Virus record (IMG/VR): IMGVR_UViG_3300027749_000449
Coordinates: 1 to 25,555 of that record
Reading direction: 5' to 3' (one strand)
Origin: a virus
Lineage: Duplodnaviria > Caudoviricetes
DNA: 25,555 nucleotides
In this document: piece by piece, positions 1-7,466 of the stretch
Numbering within the stretch: the stretch's first letter is position 1
Layout of the letters: the number at the start of each line of letters is the position of its first letter
Made by a program: the position numbers and the translations under genes
Notes under the pieces: model-generated
Told to the model about the DNA's origin: nothing
What the model saw: only the letters and a program-made list of their open reading frames with translations
The model's database searches: none

Positions 1-2
1 GG

Positions 3-1382
3 GTAATACGTACCGTTCCTGTACTTGGAGTAGTAAAAAATAATATTGATTCTACTAGAGCAGGTAGACTAGATGTTTATATTGCTGATTTTGGCGCACC
101 TAATCCTGATGATAGCAAAAGTTGGACTACTGTAAGCTACATGAGTCCTTTCTTTGGCTCTACTCCCGCCAACGGAGCAATAGATAGTTTTGGTACCTAT
201 ACACAGAATCCAAGTTCGTACGGGATGTGGTTTAGCCCGCCTGACATTGGTAGCACAGTAGTTTGTCTTTTTATTAACGGTGACGTAAATTACGGATATT
301 ATATTGGTAGTATTCTGCCACCGGAATTATTGCAAATGATTCCTGCAATAGGCGCAACAGAAAATGTCGTACTTAATGGTGCTGAAGCTGCGGGATTAGG
401 TGGGGCAACAACCTTGCCCGTTGTTAATTTAAATACAAATAATAAAACTTTAAATGATGCCTCAAACTTTTTAATTGCACCCAAACCAGTTCATAGTTAT
501 AGTTCTTCTATATATTTTCAACAAGGTTTGATTAGAGATTCAATTAGAGGACCAATATCAAGCAGCGCATTACGTGAAAGTCCTTCTCGGGTTGGTTGGG
601 GAGTTAGCACACCGGGTAGACCAATTTATCAAGGTGGGTTTACCGACAACAATGTATTAACCAAAGGAGCTACATCATCTAATGAGTCATTGACATTAGT
701 ATCACGTAGGGGTGGACATAGCATTGTTATGGATGATGGTGATGTTGTTGGTAAAGATCAACTAATACGATTAAGAACAGCATTAGGTCATCAAATATTA
801 ATGAGTGATGATGGACAAACATTGTTCATTATTCATGCTAACGGACAAAGCTATATTGAATTAGGTAAAGAAGGTACAATTGATATGTACGCTACCAACA
901 GCGTAAATATTAGAACGCAAGGTGATTTGAATTTACATGCAGATAACAATATTAATATTAACGCTAAAAATGATTTAAATATAGCGGCTAATAACATTAA
1001 AATAAACGCCGAGACTGATATTTCTTATCGTTCAGGCAAAAACTTTAGCGGGTATACATTAGGTACCTATACAGTTAAAGTTAATGGTTCAATGAGTATG
1101 GAAGCAAGTGGTGAGGGTTCTTATGCAAGTGCAGGAACTATGTATGTTAATGGTAGCAAAATAAATTTAAATACAGGATCAACATCAGTAACCCCAGCAG
1201 AAGTACCAAAAATACCCATAGTAACGCATACTGATACATTGTTTGACAAAATTAAAGGATGGTTAGCGGCTCCTGGATATCTGTTATCTATTGTTAGTCG
1301 TGCTCCTGCACATTCTCCTTGGTCAAGTGCAAATCAAGGGGTTGATGTTAAAGTAAATAATAATAGTAGTAGGGCATTTTAA
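3..1382 (+). CDS. gp5: Baseplate hub / central spike protein, T4 gp5 / P2 gpV / VgrG-like (5'-partial; true start lies upstream of the window)
   Basis: The frame of the 141..1382 ORF is open back to base 3 (VIRTVPVLGVVKNNIDSTRAGRLDVYIADFG...WTTVSYMSPF). G.V....D....GR..V.I plus PPDIGSTVVCLF.NGD..YGYYIG fits the gp5/gpV OB-fold. RRGGHSIVMDD, RTALGHQILMSD and HANGQSYIEL..EG.IDMY lead into ~8-residue beta-helix repeats ending GSKINLN. Confidence 0.85.
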   Translation, partial: VIRTVPVLGVVKNNIDSTRAGRLDVYIADFGAPNPDDSKSWTTVSYMSPFFGSTPANGAIDSFGTYTQNPSSYGMWFSPPDIGSTVVCLFINGDVNYGYYIGSILPPELLQMIPAIGATENVVLNGAEAAGLGGATTLPVVNLNTNNKTLNDASNFLIAPKPVHSYSSSIYFQQGLIRDSIRGPISSSALRESPSRVGWGVSTPGRPIYQGGFTDNNVLTKGATSSNESLTLVSRRGGHSIVMDDGDVVGKDQLIRLRTALGHQILMSDDGQTLFIIHANGQSYIELGKEGTIDMYATNSVNIRTQGDLNLHADNNININAKNDLNIAANNIKINAETDISYRSGKNFSGYTLGTYTVKVNGSMSMEASGEGSYASAGTMYVNGSKINLNTGSTSVTPAEVPKIPIVTHTDTLFDKIKGWLAAPGYLLSIVSRAPAHSPWSSANQGVDVKVNNNSSRAF

Positions 1383-1990
1383 TGCAATATAATCAAAGTC
1401 AAACGTATGCTAATTCAGCAAGACTTCCTCCTAACAATCCAGTCACGGCGGCAACCGTTGCTACGGTACCAGCTATCGGAACAGTTAGTAAATCATTAAA
1501 TGCTGGGGTCACTGCTGCAATGATCGGTGGTACAGCAGCACAAGCAGCGGCTGCATATCCTGCTGTAATAGCAAATGGTACTGGAATTATTATAGATGCA
1601 TCAGGAAATGTTAATGCTGGTATAGGCATACTAGCAAAAACCCCGCAACAACTTGAGGCTGCTGGTATATTAAAACCAGGAGCAGCATCATTAGTTACTG
1701 GTTTGGTTCAACGAGGGATGAGTATAGAATCTGCTATGACAAATAATTTGTTTACAGGTGTTCCTGGAGCTGAAAATTTACAAGCATTACTTAATAATAC
1801 CTCTGCACAAACAGCAGCACAAATAATTAATTTTCAACAGGCACAAACTGCAATGACAATGACTGGTGCTATAGTTGGCAATGAAGCACCAGGGGCTATT
1901 GCAGGTATAATAAATGCTGCTGCATCTGTTGGAGTAAAATCTACAGTAGCATTCTTACAAAACTCTAAAAATATTGGTAATATACTATAA
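1382..1990 (+). CDS. Hypothetical baseplate-associated protein (202 aa), Ala/Gly-rich, possibly a degenerate lysozyme-like domain
   Basis: ATG overlaps the upstream TAA (TAATG, 1380-1384); AGGG SD-like sequence at 1371-1374; motifs P.QLE.AG.LKPG, FTG..G...L..LL.N...Q and AG..NAA..VG. Confidence 0.7.
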   Translation: MQYNQSQTYANSARLPPNNPVTAATVATVPAIGTVSKSLNAGVTAAMIGGTAAQAAAAYPAVIANGTGIIIDASGNVNAGIGILAKTPQQLEAAGILKPGAASLVTGLVQRGMSIESAMTNNLFTGVPGAENLQALLNNTSAQTAAQIINFQQAQTAMTMTGAIVGNEAPGAIAGIINAAASVGVKSTVAFLQNSKNIGNIL

Positions 1991-3558
1991 TGGCAACACT
2001 TCCTTCTATTTCTAATGTAGCAAGTGCAATAAGTTCAGGTAATTTCTCATCTGCGCTAGCAACAACCACCGGCGGCGCAAGTTCCATTGTTACTTCTCTT
2101 AATGGCATGGCAGCTTCAATACCAAATATACCCGGTATTCCAGGACTACCAAGTATACCTAACATTTCAGGACTACCAAATATACCTGGCATTTCAGGAC
2201 TACCAAGTGTGCCGGGGTTGCCTACCATTGACACATTACGAAATATTAAACCACCTGCAATTACTGTATTACCGGGATTAGTTGATGCTACAAAAGGAAT
2301 ATCAAGTTCTGCATTTTCTGCAATAGCAGCCTCATTTAAACCACTGCAAGCCGAAGTTCCACAAAACTTAACAATTATCAATTTAAAAAATAAATTAGAA
2401 CAGGTAGCAGCAGACACAAAAGCTACAGCCGCCCCGTTAGCAACTTCATTTAAGGATGGATTAACTAGCGCAGGAGTTGATGTAGCAACGGGTAAAATAC
2501 CGGCAGTGGACGCAGCAGTTGCATCCGGTGGGATAAAAGCAGGAATGAGTGCATTATCAGGGGTGATGAGTAATGTGCCCGGTATGTCAAGTATAGCTAG
2601 CCCATCAGCACTTGCTAGTGGCGTAAGCAACTTACCAGGTGGGCAATCAGCACTTTCGTCTATAATAAACCCTAGTTCGTTAACTACTAGTGGAATTTCC
2701 GACACACTTAGTGGACTTAAATCAATAACCAAAAATGCATCTAGTGCAGCACTAAATCAAATTAGTACCGCGACGTCCGGTTCAAGTTCACTGTCAGGCT
2801 TATTATCCGGCGGAGCATTAACAGGTGCCGGCGCCTCACTGAGCGGAGCATTAAGTAATCCTAGCAATCTACCGAGTGGTGTAATTGGGAATATACCTAC
2901 CATTCCTGGATTACCTAATCCTAGCAGTCTATTGAATGGTGTAACTGGGAATATACCCACCATTCCTGGATTACCCAATATTTCAGGTTTACCCTCAATT
3001 GGTAATTTAACTCAAGGACTACAATCTGGAAAACAACCATTATCGTCGTTGGTTTCAACTGGGCTACCACCTGCAGCCGCAGCAGCATTAACAGCAAGTA
3101 TGAATTCACTAAGTACTGCAAGTCCTTTTCCTATAAAAATGCCAACCGTAGCTGAAAATACAATTAATAGAAGCGAAATATCTTCTCAAATCGGTAACTT
3201 GTTGGGTGACAAGAAAGTTCCAATGCCAAACTTTTCGGGAATCACTGGGGTTCCTATAAGAGACTTATCACAAGCCGATATTGCTGCATATGATTCAATT
3301 AAAAAAGAAATTGAAACATTGACTGAAGATCGTTATGCTTTGGCTAAAGCCCAAGCAAATGCGATATATAAACTTACCAAAGCTAAACAAGATTTACCAC
3401 AGGGCGATCCGTCTATACCCACATTAGAACAAGCAGTTGAAACAGCTAACAATAAAGTAAACGACTTAGATAAAAAGGTAGTAACTTTACGCAATGCTCA
3501 GTATACACTAACTACCGGTAAACCACCGACGGCAAACTCAACTATTATGTCAGCATAA
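1990..3558 (+). CDS. Hypothetical low-complexity protein (522 aa): Ser/Gly/Ala/Pro-rich with PxI/PGL repeats and a C-terminal coiled-coil hairpin
   Basis: TAATG overlap at 1988-1992; long ORF with internal in-frame tandem repeats; C-terminal heptad-like helices (YDSIKKEIETLTEDRYAL...LPQGDP...LEQAVETANNKVNDLDKKV). Confidence 0.75.
   Translation: MATLPSISNVASAISSGNFSSALATTTGGASSIVTSLNGMAASIPNIPGIPGLPSIPNISGLPNIPGISGLPSVPGLPTIDTLRNIKPPAITVLPGLVDATKGISSSAFSAIAASFKPLQAEVPQNLTIINLKNKLEQVAADTKATAAPLATSFKDGLTSAGVDVATGKIPAVDAAVASGGIKAGMSALSGVMSNVPGMSSIASPSALASGVSNLPGGQSALSSIINPSSLTTSGISDTLSGLKSITKNASSAALNQISTATSGSSSLSGLLSGGALTGAGASLSGALSNPSNLPSGVIGNIPTIPGLPNPSSLLNGVTGNIPTIPGLPNISGLPSIGNLTQGLQSGKQPLSSLVSTGLPPAAAAALTASMNSLSTASPFPIKMPTVAENTINRSEISSQIGNLLGDKKVPMPNFSGITGVPIRDLSQADIAAYDSIKKEIETLTEDRYALAKAQANAIYKLTKAKQDLPQGDPSIPTLEQAVETANNKVNDLDKKVVTLRNAQYTLTTGKPPTANSTIMSA
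2119..2217 (+). repeat. 27-bp in-frame tandem repeat (3 full units plus a partial unit) encoding I(P/S)GLP(S/N)(I/V)P(N/G)
   Basis: Units at 2137-2163 attccaggactaccaagtatacctaac, 2164-2190 atttcaggactaccaaatatacctggc (23/27 identical to unit 1) and 2191-2217 atttcaggactaccaagtgtgccgggg. Confidence 0.9.
2851..2979 (+). repeat. 60-bp in-frame tandem duplication encoding L(S/P)NPS(N/S)L..GV.GNIPTIPG
   Basis: 2851-2910 vs 2911-2970 are 52/60 identical, followed by a partial third unit (ttacccaat). Confidence 0.9.
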
Positions 3559-3561
3559 ATA
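3554..3561 (+). promoter_or_regulatory. Putative T4-type late promoter -10 element (CATAAATA)
   Basis: 7/8 match to the T4 late consensus TATAAATA; overlaps the upstream TAA stop and ends 4 nt before the gp25 ATG. Confidence 0.5.
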
Positions 3562-3565
3562 TATT

Positions 3566-4015
3566 ATGACCTCATACATTGGATTTAGCACTATAAATGC
3601 TTTTAAACCTCGTTCTACAAACCTTCAAACAGGCCCTGCCGGAGGCGTTGGTTCTACAGTAACTCCTTATAGGGTAGGAAATCAATTTGGATTAGTTGAT
3701 ACATCATTAGTAATACAAGATTTTGTAAATTCTCTTAACATTCGTCAAGGTGAAAAAGTAGGACAGCCGGGGTACGGAACTACATTGTGGTCATTTATTT
3801 TTGAACCAAACACCGCAGATGTACAATTTCAATTAGAAACTGAAATACGCAGAGTAGCAAATACTGACCCTAGATTGATTCTTAACACGGTTCGTGCATA
3901 TCCACAGGAAAACGGCATATTACTAGAAGTAGAAATGGCTGTGTCACCGTTCAATCAAGCCAATCTATTAAGCGTATTCTTTAATAGTTCTACTAATATA
4001 GCAGTTTTACAATAA
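3566..4015 (+). CDS. gp25: Baseplate wedge / sheath-initiator protein, gp25 (GPW/gp25 family)
   Basis: 149 aa with the family signature IRQGEKVGQPGYGTTLWSFIFEP...EIRRVANTDPRL (T..GER...P.FG..L...LFE...EPR); directly upstream of the gp6-like gene. Confidence 0.9.
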   Translation: MTSYIGFSTINAFKPRSTNLQTGPAGGVGSTVTPYRVGNQFGLVDTSLVIQDFVNSLNIRQGEKVGQPGYGTTLWSFIFEPNTADVQFQLETEIRRVANTDPRLILNTVRAYPQENGILLEVEMAVSPFNQANLLSVFFNSSTNIAVLQ

Positions 4016-4042
4016 AGCTAAAAAACCTAGTTTATTAGGTAT

Positions 4043-4050
4043 GATAAATA
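4043..4050 (+). promoter_or_regulatory. Putative late promoter (GATAAATA) followed by an SD-like AGAGA before the gp6 ATG
   Basis: 7/8 match to TATAAATA in the 52-bp intergenic gap, 17 nt before ATG 4068; preceded by a small hairpin ACCTAG-TTTA-TTAGGT (4025-4040). Confidence 0.55.
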
Positions 4051-4067
4051 CTTAAAAGAGAATAACT

Positions 4068-7000
4068 ATGGCAACCTCATCAAGACAATCAGCATTATTC
4101 GGGGTCAATGACTGGAAGGCCATTTACCAAACCTTCAATCAGGCTGACTTTCGTAGCTACGACTATGAAACATTACGTAAAAGTTTCATAGATTATTTAC
4201 GTGTATATTATCCTGAAACATTCAATGATTATATTGAAAGCTCAGAATTTATCGCCTTACTTGACGTTATGGCGTTCATGGGACAAGGTCTTGCTTTCCG
4301 CAATGACTTAAATGCTCGTGAAAATTTCATTGATACGGCTGAACGCAGAGATAGTGTTATCAAGTTAGCAAACTTAGTTAGTTATACTCCTAAAAGAAAT
4401 TTAGAAGCACAGGGTTATTTAAAAGTAACAAGTATTCGCACTACTCAAAATATTATAGATTTAAATGGATTTAATCTAGGAAATGTTCCTGTATTGTGGA
4501 ACGATCCGGCTAACCCAAATTGGTTAGAACAGTACAACACTATTATTAATGCAGCATTAATCAATACGCAACGTGTTGGATTACCTGCTAATACTGCACA
4601 AATTCTTGGGATAAAAACAGACGAATATACATTACAGATTCCCGCAGGGACATTGCCAGTAGTACCGTTTAGTAATTTAGTAAATGGTTTAAATATGAAT
4701 TTTGAATTGTGCAGTGTGAGTACTGTTGGATCAGATTATGTTTATGAAATTCCTCCTGCACCAACAAACAGATTTAATATGCTATATCGCAATGATAAAT
4801 TGGGATACGGTAGTCCAAACACAGGGTTCTTCTTTTACTTTAAGCAAGGGTCATTGACAAATTTTGACTTTACTCTACAAAATCAAATATCAAATCAAGT
4901 AATTGATATTGGAGATATTCAAGGGGTTAATAACACTGATACTTGGTTGTATCAAGTTAGTCAAGTTAATGGAACATTTGGATTATGGAAAAAAGTAGAT
5001 AACATTTACGCTGATGCATACTTACAAACTGAAAGTTCTGTTAAACAAATTTACTCGGTTAACAGTAGATTCAATGATCAAGTTAGTTATGTATTTGGTG
5101 ACGGGGTGTTCAGTCAAATACCAGTTGGTACTTTCAGAGCATATGTACGTGCAGGTAATGCATTAACTTATACGATTCAACCTACTGAATTGCAAGGTCT
5201 ATCCGTATCAATTAATTATGTAAGTAGAGTTGGTAGAGTTGAGACATTGACATTGGGATTGTCATTGCAAGTACCAGTGTCAAATGCACAAGTTCGTGAA
5301 TCATTAGCAAATATTAAACAACGTGCGCCAAGTCGTTACTATACACAAAATCGCATGGTTAATGGTGAAGATTATAACAATTTTCCGTACACATTGTATA
5401 GTTCAATCATCAAATCAAAAGCTATCAATCGTAGTAGTGTTGGGGTAAGTAAGAACTTAGATTTACTTGATCCAACTGGAAAATACTCTAGTACAAACAG
5501 TTATGCAAATGACGGTGGTGTTTGGTTAAACACCACCAATGGCTATGCAACATTAACTATAAATAGCACCGGTGATATTATTACGTTCTTGACTGGAACA
5601 TTAGCTGCTATTTTATCTGATAATAGATCGTCACAATACTATATTCAAAACTATACTAGATATAGTATCAATGCTGCATCAGGTGACGGGACCTTATATT
5701 GGAACACCAGTACAGTAGATGCTAACAGTTTATCAGGATATTTTTACAACATCACCAATGGTGGTGAAAATCCTGTTCCAGTAGGAACATATTCTACCTA
5801 CAACGCAAAGTATATCACTACAGGTGCATTACTTAAATTTATAGCACCCTCAGGTTATTATTTTGATAGCAATAATAGATTGGTAAGCGGAATAGCAAGC
5901 CCATCAGACATTACATATATTTGGACTACGGTATTAAATGTAATAGGTGACGGATTCAATAACGGTATAGGTCAATTTGCAAATGGCTCAGGTCCTATAA
6001 CATTGAATGGCTATCTTCCTGAAGGAGCAATATTAACAACAGTTATACCTTCATTTAGTAATACATTACCTAATAGTGTCGTACAAGAATGTATTGTTAG
6101 ATTAGATTTACAACAAAACTTTTCATTAGTCTTTAATAATTCACTGACTGTTAATCAAAATCGTTGGAGTATTGACATTTACAATTCATCTAACTATTTT
6201 GTAAACTTTGAGAGTGTTGGATCCAACAGATACACTGTAACATATCGTTCACTAGCATATTACTTTGGTAGTGTTGCTGATACTAGATTTACATATGATG
6301 CAGGTAAATTAGTATATGATCCATTTTCTGGAATTATACTTCAAGACTTTGTTAAAGTGTTGGTTACCAATACACAACCAAATAGTAATTACGCACTAAG
6401 TAATCCTATCTCTACTAGTATCATTGGACAAACTGTTGAAAGTGACGGTTACATAAATGATTTTGAAGTTGAAATTGCTAGTATTGATGTTAATAATAGA
6501 AGTATTATAGAGAATCCTGATTTCTTTAATGAAATTACTGGATATGTTACTGGTAACACTAATATTGGTGTATATGCATTCTTTGAAACAATTCAAGATG
6601 CTATAAATTTAAGTCGGGAAGATTTGATAGCTTCTTCTACGGTATCATATCAATATTCAACTACTACACAAATTGAAACTGTAAAATATGAATACCCTGT
6701 TGGTCAATTATTCTATGCATATTCTGAAAATGTGTTCTATATAACTGTTCAAGACCCAACAATTACAACACCGTATTTTGTACTGGTTGTTCAACCGCAA
6801 TACAGTATGAAGCCTGGACGTCAAGGGTTGCAATTTCAATATCGGCATAATAGTAATAATACTACACGTATTGATCCTGCTACAACAAACATTATTGATT
6901 TGTATGTAGTTACACAGGCATATTATACTCAATATCAGAATTGGATTCAAGACACCACAAACACTGTGCCTATTCCATTGAGACCTACTATTAGTCAATT

Positions 7001-7442
7001 AAGCAACGAATATAGTCAGATACAAGATTACAAAATGTTAACTGACAGTGCAATATTAAACAGTGTAGTATTCAAGCCATTATTTGGTCCTAAGGCAGCA
7101 TCAGCATTAAGAGCAACTATAAAAATTATTAAAAATTCTAACACTAATGCTAGCGATAGTGAAATTCGTAGTGCAGTATTAACACAAATGAATACTTACT
7201 TTAATATCAATAATTGGAACTTTGGTGACACTTTCTATTTTAGTGAATTAAGTGCTTATATCCACACTAACATAGGTGACTTGGTAAGTTCTTGTGTAAT
7301 AGTACCTAACGATCCCACATTACACTTTGGAGATTTATATGAAATTAAATGTTTGCCATACGAAATATTTGTTAACGCAGCTACATCAAATGATGTAATT
7401 GTGATAGCCGCACTTACACCCGCTGAATTGCAGATAGCATAA
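4068..7442 (+). CDS. gp6: Baseplate wedge subunit, T4 gp6 / baseplate J-like (1124 aa)
   Basis: N-terminal DYETLRKSFIDYL...FNDYIESS...LLDVMAF...ENFIDTAERRDSVIKLANLVSYTPKR; central FGDGVF..IP.G; ESLANIKQRAP..YYTQNRMVNGEDY (gp6/gpJ ES...I...AP.....NR.V...DY motif); C-terminal FGDTFYFSEL. Confidence 0.9.
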   Translation: MATSSRQSALFGVNDWKAIYQTFNQADFRSYDYETLRKSFIDYLRVYYPETFNDYIESSEFIALLDVMAFMGQGLAFRNDLNARENFIDTAERRDSVIKLANLVSYTPKRNLEAQGYLKVTSIRTTQNIIDLNGFNLGNVPVLWNDPANPNWLEQYNTIINAALINTQRVGLPANTAQILGIKTDEYTLQIPAGTLPVVPFSNLVNGLNMNFELCSVSTVGSDYVYEIPPAPTNRFNMLYRNDKLGYGSPNTGFFFYFKQGSLTNFDFTLQNQISNQVIDIGDIQGVNNTDTWLYQVSQVNGTFGLWKKVDNIYADAYLQTESSVKQIYSVNSRFNDQVSYVFGDGVFSQIPVGTFRAYVRAGNALTYTIQPTELQGLSVSINYVSRVGRVETLTLGLSLQVPVSNAQVRESLANIKQRAPSRYYTQNRMVNGEDYNNFPYTLYSSIIKSKAINRSSVGVSKNLDLLDPTGKYSSTNSYANDGGVWLNTTNGYATLTINSTGDIITFLTGTLAAILSDNRSSQYYIQNYTRYSINAASGDGTLYWNTSTVDANSLSGYFYNITNGGENPVPVGTYSTYNAKYITTGALLKFIAPSGYYFDSNNRLVSGIASPSDITYIWTTVLNVIGDGFNNGIGQFANGSGPITLNGYLPEGAILTTVIPSFSNTLPNSVVQECIVRLDLQQNFSLVFNNSLTVNQNRWSIDIYNSSNYFVNFESVGSNRYTVTYRSLAYYFGSVADTRFTYDAGKLVYDPFSGIILQDFVKVLVTNTQPNSNYALSNPISTSIIGQTVESDGYINDFEVEIASIDVNNRSIIENPDFFNEITGYVTGNTNIGVYAFFETIQDAINLSREDLIASSTVSYQYSTTTQIETVKYEYPVGQLFYAYSENVFYITVQDPTITTPYFVLVVQPQYSMKPGRQGLQFQYRHNSNNTTRIDPATTNIIDLYVVTQAYYTQYQNWIQDTTNTVPIPLRPTISQLSNEYSQIQDYKMLTDSAILNSVVFKPLFGPKAASALRATIKIIKNSNTNASDSEIRSAVLTQMNTYFNINNWNFGDTFYFSELSAYIHTNIGDLVSSCVIVPNDPTLHFGDLYEIKCLPYEIFVNAATSNDVIVIAALTPAELQIA

Positions 7443-7466
7443 GTATAGTATAGAGATTAATAAATA
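7438..7466 (+). promoter_or_regulatory. Putative late promoter(s) and RBS for the giant ORF
   Basis: CATAAGTA at 7438-7445 (overlapping the gp6 stop), GAGA at 7453-7456 and AATAAATA at 7459-7466 abutting the ATG. Confidence 0.4.

Noticed and set aside
141-143. ATG 141 as the start of the gp5-like gene
   Set aside because: The frame is open to base 3 and the upstream part encodes the first strands of the OB-fold, so the real start is outside the window.
1371-1384. Programmed -1 frameshift joining gp5 to the next ORF
   Set aside because: No canonical X XXY YYZ slippery heptamer in the right frame and no evident downstream structure; an SD-like AGGG plus TAATG fits translational coupling better.
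2119-2979. 27-bp and 60-bp repeats (and the 30-bp repeat at 24781) as CRISPR arrays
   Set aside because: They are head-to-tail, in frame, multiples of 3, lack unique spacers, and no cas genes are present.
1-7442. Bacterial T6SS / eCIS / tailocin locus (VgrG, TssE-like)
   Set aside because: The T4-type gp6, giant gp7-position gene, late-promoter motifs and absence of tss/afp accessory genes favour a phage genome.
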